From a virus: DNA of 64,000 nt. Below are positions 1 to 10,019 of the stretch, in pieces. The notes under the pieces were generated by a model. The model had not been told where the DNA came from and made no database searches. It saw only the letters and a program-made list of their open reading frames with translations. A program made the translations under genes and the position numbers. The first letter of the stretch is position 1. Every line of letters begins with the position of its first letter. The DNA is taken from IMG/VR virus record IMGVR_UViG_3300010354_000077; one strand, written 5' to 3'.

Positions 1-34
1 CGAGGTATATCTGGAAGAGCATAATCACGTATAT

Positions 35-1264
35 GTGCATAAAAAAACTGGGATGTTGTACAATTCTGTTACAACAGCCCTTTCACTTTTAAAAAGTGAC
101 TTTGAGAAAGATAATATCATAGATGCAATCATAAAGCAATACGAGAACTTTATAAAATGGTATAATAAGAGGGGTGGAAGACCAGAACTGCTCCAACCAA
201 TCTTGTTTGATTATATCATCTATAACAAGTTAAGAAGGTATGATGTCTATGAGGATAAGAAAATCTATAAAGCTCTTAGTAAATATTCTACAATAGACGA
301 ACTTGCAAACGAATTATCTGTTGTTAAACAACAAAATCCAAATATTCAACTGAAAGGGTTTTATCTTAACGATGATAATACGATAATGAACAAGTCACAA
401 ATCCTTGATATATGGGATTCTACCAACTTGTTATCTCGACATTATGGTCACATGATCCATGAAAGTCTTGAACTTCACTTTATGAATGTTCAAGGATTTC
501 CTATTGACCGTCTCAAAAAAATCAAGGGCATTCAAGAGAAGTATGACGCGCTGCAAGAGATTATGTCAAGGGTCAGTAATGGATATAACAAGCAATTCTT
601 TTCTGTTTATGAAATGGACTTGAATGCAATTGAGTTCATGGATTGGATAGTAAACAAATTCAAGACGGTAAGACCCTATAAGAACGAAGTTATTGTACCC
701 GAAAAAGTAAATTTTTCGCCGACCTACGAAATATGTGGAACGACTGATGTGGAGGTTATTTTTGATGATATTAATTTCGAGATTGAAGACCACAAGACCA
801 ATAAATCATTCACTTTTGTTAATGAGTATAATAAGTTCTTGAAGGCTCCCTGTGACGATATGCCCGAAACCAGTTTCTCTACCTATGCCTTGCAGTTAAA
901 TATTTACGGCCATATTCAAGAGGTTGAATTTGGCAGGAAGTTTAATGGTGCCAGAATCACTTATTTTGACAGACAGAAAAAAGAATTTGAATTGATTGAA
1001 CTTCCAATCATACTTGATAGAGCAGAACAGGTTTTGAAACATTTTAAAGACTTTCAAACCAACACGAAAGAACTTTACAGGGCTTCTGGTATCTTGGATG
1101 GTATTCCCGAAAATCATCATAATGTCATAACAAAGATGTTATATGAAGACATTGAAAAGAAAAAGGCTTCAGGTAAACTGAATTTGGAAGACAAAAAAGC
1201 GAATAGAGAATATTATAAAACTTTTGTTCAAAATATTAGCAATAAACTTTCGGAAAAAATATGA
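35..1264 (+). CDS. Putative PD-(D/E)XK (RecB/Cas4-like) nuclease: D...EIEDHK and QLNIY motifs; sits upstream of the Mre11/Rad50-like pair
   Basis: The ORF track gives a 409-aa protein. Motifs read by eye are GTTDVEVIFDD, EIEDHKT and YALQLNIYG, resembling RecB-family motifs II and III. Confidence 0.35.
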   Translation: MHKKTGMLYNSVTTALSLLKSDFEKDNIIDAIIKQYENFIKWYNKRGGRPELLQPILFDYIIYNKLRRYDVYEDKKIYKALSKYSTIDELANELSVVKQQNPNIQLKGFYLNDDNTIMNKSQILDIWDSTNLLSRHYGHMIHESLELHFMNVQGFPIDRLKKIKGIQEKYDALQEIMSRVSNGYNKQFFSVYEMDLNAIEFMDWIVNKFKTVRPYKNEVIVPEKVNFSPTYEICGTTDVEVIFDDINFEIEDHKTNKSFTFVNEYNKFLKAPCDDMPETSFSTYALQLNIYGHIQEVEFGRKFNGARITYFDRQKKEFELIELPIILDRAEQVLKHFKDFQTNTKELYRASGILDGIPENHHNVITKMLYEDIEKKKASGKLNLEDKKANREYYKTFVQNISNKLSEKI

Positions 1265-2058
1265 TTAAAAAAATATTTCATATAGCAGACCTTCATTTGC
1301 GAAATTATGACAGGCATAACGAATTTATTGAAAGTATAAATCTTTTTTTAAAGGATGTCCGTGATTTTCAACTCCCGTATTATGACGGGGTTATATTGAT
1401 TGCTGGGGATTTATTTGAAACACAGGAACAAGTTTCAAATGAAGCCAATGTTCTTATGGTAAATACACTTAAAGAGTGTTTGAAACTTCATCCGACATTG
1501 ATTATCATAGGCAACCATGACCTCCCAAAGAATAGAACAAGAATGGATGCTATTACACCGTTAGTTAGTGCAATTCAGTCTCCTGACCTAATTTATTCAA
1601 AGAAATCGGAAGTTCTGACCTTAAACCACCAGTTGCATTTTGTTCATTATTGTTTCTTGGATAATTTCGCCGTCCAACCCCCACAAACATCTGATATAAA
1701 AATAGGATTATATCACGCTCCTTTACAGAACTGTAAAAATCCTTTGAATTGGGTGTTTGAGAAGAAGATGTTGGAACATAAAACATCTGTCAGTTTGTTC
1801 AAAGGTTGTGATGTGGTATTGATGGGAGATATTCATTTTCCACAGGAGATAAAGGGCGATGGTTATAGCGCATATTATGTCGGTTCCCTTTACCAACAAA
1901 ATTTTGGAGAGTCTGTTGAAAATCATGGCTATGGAATCTTGGATATTCCGTCATTAAGTTATACCTTTGTGCCGATAAATAACGGCTACGGAAAATATAA
2001 ATGTGTGATTCCAGATGTCAACACACCGCTTGACAAAATGATTATTGTTAACAAATAA
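1261..2058 (+). CDS. Mre11/SbcD-like calcineurin-type metallophosphoesterase nuclease (T4 gp47-like)
   Basis: Motifs FHIADLHL, IAGDLFE and IIGNHD are the classic DxH / GDxxD / GNH[DE] metallophosphatase signatures. Start overlaps the upstream gene (ATGA). Confidence 0.7.
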   Translation: MIKKIFHIADLHLRNYDRHNEFIESINLFLKDVRDFQLPYYDGVILIAGDLFETQEQVSNEANVLMVNTLKECLKLHPTLIIIGNHDLPKNRTRMDAITPLVSAIQSPDLIYSKKSEVLTLNHQLHFVHYCFLDNFAVQPPQTSDIKIGLYHAPLQNCKNPLNWVFEKKMLEHKTSVSLFKGCDVVLMGDIHFPQEIKGDGYSAYYVGSLYQQNFGESVENHGYGILDIPSLSYTFVPINNGYGKYKCVIPDVNTPLDKMIIVNK

Positions 2059-4549
2059 ATCAAAAAACATGATTAGAGACAAATCAGAAATTCAATTAAA
2101 TGTTGAAAGCACTCTTTCTCCTATGGAGAAGGATAAACTCGAACAAGAAATTAAAAAAACTTATGGAGAAAATGTAGTAGTAAAAATCAAAGGTAAAAAA
2201 ATCAGGAACGAAGGTTTTGAAGAAAATCGGGCTAAAATATCCAATAATAATTTGAAGAGCTTATATGAAGGATATTTGGACGATAATTACACTGGCATAG
2301 ACAAAGACCTTTTCTTCCAAATAGATGAGGAAATCGCTGCAATGGTTCCTGATTCAAGTGACGGAGCAAAGCGTTTTAAGATTAAATCTCTTTCTGGAAA
2401 AAACATTTTGTCGTTCAATGAGTTTGAATTGGAATTGGACAAGCGTGGTATCTTGAGGGTCTATTCCACACCTCAAAACATGGGTGGAAAGTCTAACCTA
2501 ATCAGGATTATCAAGTTGCTTCTTTTTGGAGAATTTTATCGTTCAAATCAGGAACGAAGTACGCTTTCAAGTGTTGTGAACAAGTTTTCTCCTTTGAATA
2601 TCGCACACATTGAAGGTGAGATTGAGATTGAAGGTAAGGAATATTTTATCAGGAGGGATTTTACCCGAAATGATAAAGGTAAGGTTTCGCAGAAGATACT
2701 TGTTTCTTCCGAGGGTGCCATTATTGACACTGCACAGTTTGAAACGATGGTCGGCAAGATTAAAGACTTTCTGTTTATTTCATTCTTTGACAGTTTTTCG
2801 ATTGAAAAATGGTTGAATACAAAACCGACTGAAAGGTACCGAATGTTTTTGAATTATTTCGGCCTTGGAAATATCGAAGATAAAGCAAAGATTGGCAAGC
2901 AAAAGTATGATGATTTTCAAAAGAAATCTATTTCGAAGAATCATACGGACATTGACCTTGAAATCAACGATGAAAAAAATAACGTCTTTGAACTGGGAAA
3001 AAAGTGTAGTGAACTCAAAGTAACTCTTGGAGAAGTTGAGGGTAAGCGTGTTGGGTTGGACGGCGAAATAATGAGGTTAAAGAACACACTAAAAGGTGTC
3101 CCAGATTCTTTGTTGAATGAAACAGAAGATTCTATTCGCGAAAAGATAGTTTCTGTTGGTGAAAATATTTCCAAGAAAGAAACTGAAATCGTTTATTTGC
3201 AGAGTACAATTTCCTTTCCTTCCGAAAGCAAAGAAGAGTTGCAGGGAAAAATAAATGATTATCAGGATCAAATAAGCAAGGTTGAGCCAGATAAGGAACT
3301 TCAATCTGAATTGGAAGCCCTTAATTATCTTTACCATGAATATTCTGTGCCTTCTACACTCCATAACCAAAAACTTGATTTGGAGGTTAAGGTTGATTCT
3401 TTGAGGGAGAAGTATGTTATCGAAACCAACAACAAGAAGATAAAAGAGGAGCTTTTGTCAAATACACCTGATACAACCACTTGTAATATCTGCAATGGTA
3501 TTTCGGATAACAAAGAAAAGAAACAACAACTTTCTTTGGAAATCAAACGTATTTCCGATAATCTGAATACGCTTGTTGAGGAAGGTGTTGCAGCGAAAAA
3601 AGAACTTTCGGATTTGGAAGCAGAAATAAAGAATGGTGAGTTGGAATACAAGAAGGGAATAAATAAGGACATTGAGTTGGTTAAAAGCAGAATTGAGGCA
3701 AACAAGCAGCAGAAAATTGATGCCATAAAAAAATCCATTTTCGCCGTCCAATCCCAACTAAACCAAATCAATGATTCAGAAAAATCGCAGTCCAAAACCT
3801 CTCTCCTCAAAGCAGAAATAGAAACATTGTCTGTAAGAAAGAAAGAGTTGGAGGAAAGGTTGAAAAACATGAAAATGTTTAATGACGACCTTTTGTTTAA
3901 TGACAAGATTAACAGTGAAATAAAAAATTTGGAGCAGCAACTTTTCGCCGTCCAATCCTCCCACAGTACCTTGACAGTAGAGTTAAAGTATAATGAAAAA
4001 TTACTTGCAGACGCAGAAGCCAAATTGCAAATGCTTGTAAGTAACAGGGATACGATAGCAAAAGAACTTAAAATTGACAGAGTCTATAAAACCTATATTG
4101 AGGTTCATAGTAAAGGTGGTCTTGCTATGAGGATTTTGAACGACCTAATAGGAGAAATAAACGAAGACCTTGCGGAGATTCTTTCAGAAGACGATTTCAC
4201 ACCTTTTATCAGGATTGAAAATGACGCAATAGAATTTTATTTTGAACGCAAAGGTATGGAGTTTAATATGGCAGAGGGTTCTGGTTATGAAAAAACTGTT
4301 CTCCTGCTTGCCCTACATTATCTCCTCCTTTCTAAGATGGTTGTTCCAGTTTCGAATATTTTTATCTTGGATGAGGTATTCGTTGCAGTAGCACTCCCGA
4401 ATCTGAACAAAGCGTATAACGTCGTTGAAAATTATCTCAATATTTTCGACACTATTTTGTTGATAACACACGTCGAAGAAATCGGTAATTGGTGCTCTGA
4501 CGAAATTAAAATCGAAAAATCTAATAACATCTCAAAAATCATACTCTAA
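2045..4549 (+). CDS. Rad50/SbcC-like SMC ATPase (T4 gp46-like): Walker A, long coiled coil, CxxC zinc hook, Walker B/D-loop
   Basis: N-terminal PQNMGGKSN (Walker A); a long Glu/Lys-rich coiled coil; central CNICNG zinc hook; C-terminal IFILDEVF (Walker B). Confidence 0.7.
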   Translation: MLTNKSKNMIRDKSEIQLNVESTLSPMEKDKLEQEIKKTYGENVVVKIKGKKIRNEGFEENRAKISNNNLKSLYEGYLDDNYTGIDKDLFFQIDEEIAAMVPDSSDGAKRFKIKSLSGKNILSFNEFELELDKRGILRVYSTPQNMGGKSNLIRIIKLLLFGEFYRSNQERSTLSSVVNKFSPLNIAHIEGEIEIEGKEYFIRRDFTRNDKGKVSQKILVSSEGAIIDTAQFETMVGKIKDFLFISFFDSFSIEKWLNTKPTERYRMFLNYFGLGNIEDKAKIGKQKYDDFQKKSISKNHTDIDLEINDEKNNVFELGKKCSELKVTLGEVEGKRVGLDGEIMRLKNTLKGVPDSLLNETEDSIREKIVSVGENISKKETEIVYLQSTISFPSESKEELQGKINDYQDQISKVEPDKELQSELEALNYLYHEYSVPSTLHNQKLDLEVKVDSLREKYVIETNNKKIKEELLSNTPDTTTCNICNGISDNKEKKQQLSLEIKRISDNLNTLVEEGVAAKKELSDLEAEIKNGELEYKKGINKDIELVKSRIEANKQQKIDAIKKSIFAVQSQLNQINDSEKSQSKTSLLKAEIETLSVRKKELEERLKNMKMFNDDLLFNDKINSEIKNLEQQLFAVQSSHSTLTVELKYNEKLLADAEAKLQMLVSNRDTIAKELKIDRVYKTYIEVHSKGGLAMRILNDLIGEINEDLAEILSEDDFTPFIRIENDAIEFYFERKGMEFNMAEGSGYEKTVLLLALHYLLLSKMVVPVSNIFILDEVFVAVALPNLNKAYNVVENYLNIFDTILLITHVEEIGNWCSDEIKIEKSNNISKIIL

Positions 4550-5751
4550 TGGCCAAAAAAAATCTTGCAAATATTTTACCTACTTCTCGATATTGGACGA
4601 GAACGGTGACTAAAATTGCCAAAAGGCAGATGGAATTAAACCCCAAACACCCCTTTCTTTCGAATGAAGAAAAAACACGTTTGTTTTTGGATTGGAAACA
4701 TAACAAAAACATTGAGAGCAGGGACAAGTTGATGGATTCCATGTATGTCTTGGCTCTTCAATTGGTGCATCAATTGATAAATGTCTATGGGAACAACAAC
4801 GTCCCCGTCGAAGACCTCGAACAGGAGGCAAACCATGCCCTTTTGGATATGCTTTGCAACTCTGATTACGACCCTGAAATGGGTACTTTGCCGACATATT
4901 TCAGAACCAGACTGAAAATGTTTTTTCACCCAGCGTTGAAGTCTGGAAACCATATTACGTTACCAGACAATACATGGAAACAGTTTAGTATCGAAAACAA
5001 GGCTTTTAATGCTTTTGTTAAGAAGAATCACAGATACCCAGCACACGGAGAAACATACACGTATAATGGAAGAGAATATTTATTTGGAGATGTAAGTGCG
5101 AAAATGCCCTCTGTTTTGGAAGGCAATAAAACGATAGGTGACGAAGAAGATTCTTTTGAATTGTTTGATTTGATAGGTGAAGCAGACCCTTACTATAACC
5201 TGTCCGAAGAAGAACAAAAACGAGCGACGGTTAGAGAAATTATCCACAAGTTGTCAAAAAGGGAGCAGGAGATTTTACATTATGCTTTTTTCACTGAAAT
5301 GGAGACACAAGATATAGTCTATAATCTGAAACCTTGTTCACCAACAGAAAGAAAGAAGTTGTACACGAAGTCAAAAAATACGTTGGAAATTAAAACATCT
5401 GATGGGAAGCAAGATTACACATTCTTTGTTTATCGGTCTGCCAAAATCAGAAGGTTCGATAGTATAAGTTCCAGTGTAATTGAACCACTTTCACATCCTT
5501 ACAAGACGAATTTTCAATATTCAGATTCACTGAAAATGACCTTTAAATCAACAGATGTACTTTCTGTTTCATTAAACGGTCAAGATATTACAAATCAGGT
5601 CGCTAAATTGGCGGATAATACATTCCAGTTAAATTGTAAATTAAAAGTCGGTTGTGTATTTTCCCAAGCCAATTACAACCATAAACTTTCAAAAATTAAA
5701 GAAAAAATCCGAACAAAAATTGTTGAATATGAAATTTTTAGACCATCCTAA
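4549..5751 (+). CDS. Sigma-70-family RNA polymerase sigma factor-like protein (possible phage middle/late sigma)
   Basis: Region-2-like DLEQEANHALLDML...LPTYFRTRL and region-4-like REQEILHYAFFTEMETQDIV. Confidence 0.5.
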   Translation: MAKKNLANILPTSRYWTRTVTKIAKRQMELNPKHPFLSNEEKTRLFLDWKHNKNIESRDKLMDSMYVLALQLVHQLINVYGNNNVPVEDLEQEANHALLDMLCNSDYDPEMGTLPTYFRTRLKMFFHPALKSGNHITLPDNTWKQFSIENKAFNAFVKKNHRYPAHGETYTYNGREYLFGDVSAKMPSVLEGNKTIGDEEDSFELFDLIGEADPYYNLSEEEQKRATVREIIHKLSKREQEILHYAFFTEMETQDIVYNLKPCSPTERKKLYTKSKNTLEIKTSDGKQDYTFFVYRSAKIRRFDSISSSVIEPLSHPYKTNFQYSDSLKMTFKSTDVLSVSLNGQDITNQVAKLADNTFQLNCKLKVGCVFSQANYNHKLSKIKEKIRTKIVEYEIFRPS

Positions 5752-6004
5752 TTACAGACTCGCCAAAGACATTGTGCTTGGCCTTACATTTCTCATGGTT
5801 ATGAGCATCGGTTGTAATACTTGTGCGATTAACAACGACATGAAAACAACAAAACGTGTTACAAAGACGTTAAATGAAAACATTGTGACAAAAGAAGACC
5901 TTGATGCTCAAACAGAACGTAATCTGATTTTGGAAAAAGAATTGGATAAGGTTAAGGGTGACAGTGTTGAACAATATCTTAAATCTAAAAAAGTTGCGCA
6001 ATGA
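5729..6004 (+). CDS. Small lipoprotein (ORF 5654..6004 trimmed to an internal ATG)
   Basis: MKFLDHP...LTFLMVMSIGC gives a signal peptide with a lipobox Cys. The 5' part of the listed ORF overlaps the sigma-like gene. Confidence 0.35.
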   Translation: MKFLDHPNYRLAKDIVLGLTFLMVMSIGCNTCAINNDMKTTKRVTKTLNENIVTKEDLDAQTERNLILEKELDKVKGDSVEQYLKSKKVAQ

Positions 6005-6948
6005 TTAAACTGATAAAAAAGATACAAAGCGAATTTGAAGAGAACCACAAGATAGCTGATAATTTTTTCACTGTTATCATTCTTTTTGTTAGTCTAACCT
6101 CTTTTTTCCACGTGATGGAATATTGGACGCTGACAAATAAAACACCTTTTCATATCATCACTGCGATAGCTACTGAACTATTCATTTTAGGTTCTATGTT
6201 CGCTATTCGATATACTTGGGTGGCCTGGATACCTTTTATTTTTGGTTTCATCGTCCAAAGTGTCGGTAATATTTTCTACTCATACGTCAATATCACTCCT
6301 GACAGTCCTTATTTCCAAGCCTTCATGGAACTGTTCAAACCCATGTTTGAATTGATGTATGGTGACGAACTTGAACTTCTGCATTATAAAAGGTTTTTGG
6401 CTTTTACCAACGGTCTTTTCTACCTGTCTCCGATTATGTTCTTGTGGGCCAAATTGGAGTTGAAGAAAAAGGTTGCCAATATGCCAAAAACTCCGATTGT
6501 AATTGAAGATGATTTGATTGGTAAGTCTATCCCGACAGACAATAACGATGGTGATGATGAACCTGTTATCACACCAGAACCAAAAGACATTGGCTTTGAT
6601 AAACCAGAAGAAGAGATTGAGGTTCAACCAGAGGTTATTCGACCAGAGGTTGTTGAAAATATTGAAGCGGATGTTTTAGATGAACAAGAAACGATTTCAC
6701 AACCTGTCAAAATGAGTTTTGATCCTGTTATAGAACAGGAGCGAAAAAAAAAATTGGAGACTCCAATACAGGCAATAGAAGAGGTTCCAACTGAACCCAC
6801 AGCTACAGAAATTTGGTTGGATATTATCCACGAAATAGCAGATGAAGAAAAAGAAAGGTCAAATAGAAAAGTTAAAAGAACCAATCTAAATCCTTTCAAG
6901 GTCGGTCCCCAAATGAATTTGATGGGATTGAAACCTGATGCAAAATGA
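6001..6948 (+). CDS. Membrane protein with an acidic, Pro/Glu/Val-rich C-terminal region (QPEVIRPEVVE)
   Basis: Several hydrophobic helices at the N-terminus and a low-complexity acidic tail. It contains an A10 homopolymer (about 6744-6753) in frame, encoding KKK. Confidence 0.5.
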   Translation: MIKLIKKIQSEFEENHKIADNFFTVIILFVSLTSFFHVMEYWTLTNKTPFHIITAIATELFILGSMFAIRYTWVAWIPFIFGFIVQSVGNIFYSYVNITPDSPYFQAFMELFKPMFELMYGDELELLHYKRFLAFTNGLFYLSPIMFLWAKLELKKKVANMPKTPIVIEDDLIGKSIPTDNNDGDDEPVITPEPKDIGFDKPEEEIEVQPEVIRPEVVENIEADVLDEQETISQPVKMSFDPVIEQERKKKLETPIQAIEEVPTEPTATEIWLDIIHEIADEEKERSNRKVKRTNLNPFKVGPQMNLMGLKPDAK

Positions 6949-7438
6949 TTTTATGCCAAGCGAAGGTTTTTCTTTGCTTGGCATATTTATTTTTAACCGA
7001 AACAATGTTATGTTTGATAAAGAAGCTCAAAATATATTAAATCAAATCAAGAATTATAGGTTTCTGCTTGAGCAGGATGACCTTGAAGAAAATAATTTGG
7101 ATGTCACCAAAGGGGATTTGCCAAAAGACAATGCTTTTTTTGTGCAGATGCAAACAGATTTAAGCGCCGCTATAAAATATAGCACCGTAGTGGTAGATTA
7201 TTTGAGGGTAGATGCCAATGACATGAGCAAGCCTTTGGTTACTGCTGCTGGTAAGATTGGTGGAATAGATTTTGTTTTTGATAATGACGGTGTGCATATC
7301 ACCATGAATGATATGGTAGTTACAGACAGGACACCAGATGTAATAAAAACTTTGAATGTATATTACGGTTATAAATTCAAAACAATTGAAAAAGAAATTA
7401 TTGAAGCATTAATAAAAAACAAAGGAAAAATACAATGA
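6938..7438 (+). CDS. Hypothetical protein
   Basis: 166-aa ORF in operon context, starting at ATGA overlapping the upstream stop. No recognisable motifs. Confidence 0.45.
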   Translation: MQNDFMPSEGFSLLGIFIFNRNNVMFDKEAQNILNQIKNYRFLLEQDDLEENNLDVTKGDLPKDNAFFVQMQTDLSAAIKYSTVVVDYLRVDANDMSKPLVTAAGKIGGIDFVFDNDGVHITMNDMVVTDRTPDVIKTLNVYYGYKFKTIEKEIIEALIKNKGKIQ

Positions 7439-9096
7439 AAAAAGAATATCTAAAAAGGATTAAGTTCGTCAGCGAGAATAAGATGGTGGTGGACGGCGAA
7501 CATAAGGTAACAAAAAATGCTGGACCTAAAAAAGGGTTCATTTTCAATGGCAAAGACGGTTCAAAATTGAAGTTTCAAACCGAAGAAGAACTGTTTGAAT
7601 TTCTTGATGAAATGACAGACAGTAGCTCTGCTGGTGGCATGGAACTTCCTTTTGTGCCAGCGTCAGACAGTGAATTTAAAAACAGAAAAGCAGCGCCTTA
7701 TAACCAAGTCGTAACTGGTCTTTACACTGAAAGTGAAGCGGTTGCCCTTGCTGAAAAAATGGTGAAAGAGGCTCTTGTTTCGGAGGCAAGCGGTGATTAT
7801 CCTGCGAAAGAGATGATTGAGAAATACAAAGCAGCGAATAAGAAAGAGAGTGAAAAGGCAATAAAAGATATTGAGGAGGGAATTAAAATCGTTTATGAAA
7901 AGCCGTTGGCTGCGTTTCCACCAAATTATTATCGTGATGACAACGATTATAACAAAGACGGTGTTCCGAATCAATATAAAAACAATAACACTCTTTTGGA
8001 TTTAAAATATGATGGAATCACTGACGAAGCAAAAGAATGGTTCACGTCTCAAATCAAAGCTGGTGGAAAAACTGCTGAAGATATGGCAAAGGCAGCCAAA
8101 AGGAAAGCAGAAATTCAAGATAAAAACCCTCTAAACGATGCTGTTTATGTTGGTAATGACATGGAATTGTCAAAAGTCAACACAGAAAAATCAAAAGACG
8201 GTATGCCAAGAACAGGTGTTGCCATGCTTGGATTCTCATTAAACGAAAATAAAATGTATAAATTCAAATTCGAATCTGATAAATATGATTTCGGAAGGAA
8301 CAGGGCACAGCTTGCCGAAGCTATTCCGAACAAAGTGAAACAAGATAACACCAAATTCCAGATGCAAGACGGAAAAGGAAATCTTTTTATGTTGGAATGG
8401 GCAAATGGTGAAGCTGTTATTTTGGAACATCGCAATCTGATTGCGGAGCAGAAATTGAATGAGAAGGTGGATAAACTTTTCAACTATAATAACACCGAAA
8501 AGAGGCCGAAGCAGAAAAAGGTTGATTTTGATTATTTTACGAAGGAGAAAAAAGATTTGAAGGAAAGTGTTGAAAACGAATCTTTAACTCAATATGGAAT
8601 TAAAGAATTGAGAGATGGTTTAACATTTGAAGATATAAAAACAAAGTTCCCTTGGATTTTGGAGGCTAAAATTGAAAACGCTGTTTTGGGGTTATTAGAT
8701 AAAAAATTTTTAATTTGGTATGATGTTGACTGGTATGATGGTGACTTATATAAAAGTATTTGGAAAAATGGTCGATGGTATAGTGGAAGTTGGTATGATG
8801 GTATTTGGTATGATGGTATTTGGTATGATGGTATTTGGAAAGGTGGTGAGTGGAAAAATGGGATTTGGAAAAACGGTATTTGGAATTATGGTCATTGGGA
8901 AAAAGGAGTTTGGTACGACGGTATTTGGAAAAACGGTATTTGGGATGGGGGTTATTGGTTTGGAGGCACATGGGAACAAGGAAAAATACCAGATAGTAAA
9001 CTTCGGCCCCAAGGTGACACAGAAGATTATATTACAGTGGAATTTCCACCTAATAAATACAAATATTTACAACCAAAAACTCCTAAAAAACCATGA
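7435..9096 (+). CDS. Protein with C-terminal tandem W-x-x-G-x-W (MORN-like) repeats
   Basis: The C-terminal 85 aa are WYDGIWYDGIWKNGIW...; the underlying DNA (8720-8960) is a 15/30-bp tandem repeat, tggtatgatggtatt. Confidence 0.55.
   Translation: MKKEYLKRIKFVSENKMVVDGEHKVTKNAGPKKGFIFNGKDGSKLKFQTEEELFEFLDEMTDSSSAGGMELPFVPASDSEFKNRKAAPYNQVVTGLYTESEAVALAEKMVKEALVSEASGDYPAKEMIEKYKAANKKESEKAIKDIEEGIKIVYEKPLAAFPPNYYRDDNDYNKDGVPNQYKNNNTLLDLKYDGITDEAKEWFTSQIKAGGKTAEDMAKAAKRKAEIQDKNPLNDAVYVGNDMELSKVNTEKSKDGMPRTGVAMLGFSLNENKMYKFKFESDKYDFGRNRAQLAEAIPNKVKQDNTKFQMQDGKGNLFMLEWANGEAVILEHRNLIAEQKLNEKVDKLFNYNNTEKRPKQKKVDFDYFTKEKKDLKESVENESLTQYGIKELRDGLTFEDIKTKFPWILEAKIENAVLGLLDKKFLIWYDVDWYDGDLYKSIWKNGRWYSGSWYDGIWYDGIWYDGIWKGGEWKNGIWKNGIWNYGHWEKGVWYDGIWKNGIWDGGYWFGGTWEQGKIPDSKLRPQGDTEDYITVEFPPNKYKYLQPKTPKKP
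8720..8960 (+). repeat. In-frame tandem DNA repeat (unit about 15 bp, ggtatttggtatgat) encoding GIW[YK][DN]G repeats
   Basis: Directly visible as repeated gtatttggtatgatggtatttgg and ggtatttggaaaaacggtatttgg. Confidence 0.8.
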
Positions 9097-9353
9097 AAAT
9101 AGAATCATATAATAACAACCGTTATATACACGTCACCGATGCACCGAGTGTGGATTTTTGGTGGGATAACTTGCTCCAGCAATTTGCAAACAAGAGCACA
9201 GTACAACAACTGGTTTTGAACCGTGACGAAATCGCTCTTTCTTGTGCGACCATCTGTGCTGGTTCACCTATCAATTGCTGTGAAGACTCATTGCTTGCAA
9301 ATAATCTGGATTGCTTGTTTACGAACGATTACGAGTGCATCGTTAGTAACTAA
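9093..9353 (+). CDS. Small Cys-rich protein
   Basis: 86 aa with 8 Cys (CATICAGSPINCCEDS...C...C). Confidence 0.4.
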   Translation: MKIESYNNNRYIHVTDAPSVDFWWDNLLQQFANKSTVQQLVLNRDEIALSCATICAGSPINCCEDSLLANNLDCLFTNDYECIVSN

Positions 9354-9360
9354 TAGGTTA

Positions 9361-9771
9361 TCACTTGTTGGCAGATTCCGTTAGAAGCTCCTTTGCGACT
9401 TCTAACGGATTTGCTATTATCAGCTCATTCTCCAACTCTTTTTTTGTGGTGATTGCGTCAAGATAAGTCACCAGCAAATTCCATGTCCAGTTGATGAAAG
9501 ATGAGAAACACCCGTGCATAAAAATCAGCCAGTAAATCGCCGTCCACCCAAAATAAGAATTAATTTCCGATATTTGTATTAGTGGAAATAAAAGTGAGAG
9601 TATTATCCCCACCCAAAATCCCATGCAGGTTGGACAGCCAAATAAGACACCGAAGAAGTTAGGAGAAATCCTTTCAAAGAAGTTTCTGATACCTGCTGTT
9701 ATGCTGGTTCCAGTGATGATGTGTGTGGCTCCAAGGCTGGTGCCTATCCAAAAAAAATCTATAAAACTCAT
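9361..9771 (-). CDS. Small membrane protein (ORF 9361..9900 trimmed to MSFIDFFWIG start)
   Basis: Three or four predicted TM helices. The upstream part of the listed ORF overlaps a divergent plus-strand ORF, and the ATG at 9771 follows an AT-rich leader. Confidence 0.4.
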   Translation of the reverse strand: MSFIDFFWIGTSLGATHIITGTSITAGIRNFFERISPNFFGVLFGCPTCMGFWVGIILSLLFPLIQISEINSYFGWTAIYWLIFMHGCFSSFINWTWNLLVTYLDAITTKKELENELIIANPLEVAKELLTESANK

Positions 9772-9779
9772 GTTATTAT

Positions 9780-10019
9780 ATGTTTGATGACAAATATAAG
9801 GAATTGGAAAAAGAATTGGAGGAATATGAAAAAGAGTATTTCGCCGTCCAACCCACCCTTTCAGACGCAAAGGAAAGACATAAAATGGAATTGCTCCCAT
9901 ATATAAATGAAATAAAGTCAGGTAAGAAATATCATAAGAAAGGAGGCAGCAGTTTATTCTATAAATTGAAGGTATGGTATTGGAGATTTATTATGAGACT
10001 TTATTATAAGCTCCGTTAA
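9780..10019 (+). CDS. Small Lys/Glu-rich hypothetical protein
   Basis: 79-aa ORF divergent from the 9361..9771 gene. It contains one copy of the dispersed motif, read as YFAVQP. Confidence 0.3.
   Translation: MFDDKYKELEKELEEYEKEYFAVQPTLSDAKERHKMELLPYINEIKSGKKYHKKGGSSLFYKLKVWYWRFIMRLYYKLR

Noticed and set aside
4610-4953. Minus-strand ORFs 4610..4897 and 4636..4953 inside the sigma-like gene, and similar antisense ORFs (2548..2757, 3331..4023, 13031..13750).
   Set aside because: They are antisense to longer ORFs with recognisable domains and have no independent signals.
8720-8960. Regularly spaced short direct repeats that could be mistaken for a CRISPR array (also 23260-23440).
   Set aside because: The repeats are contiguous with no unique spacers, lie in frame inside long ORFs and encode peptide repeats (GIWYDG; PEVV). 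No cas genes are nearby.
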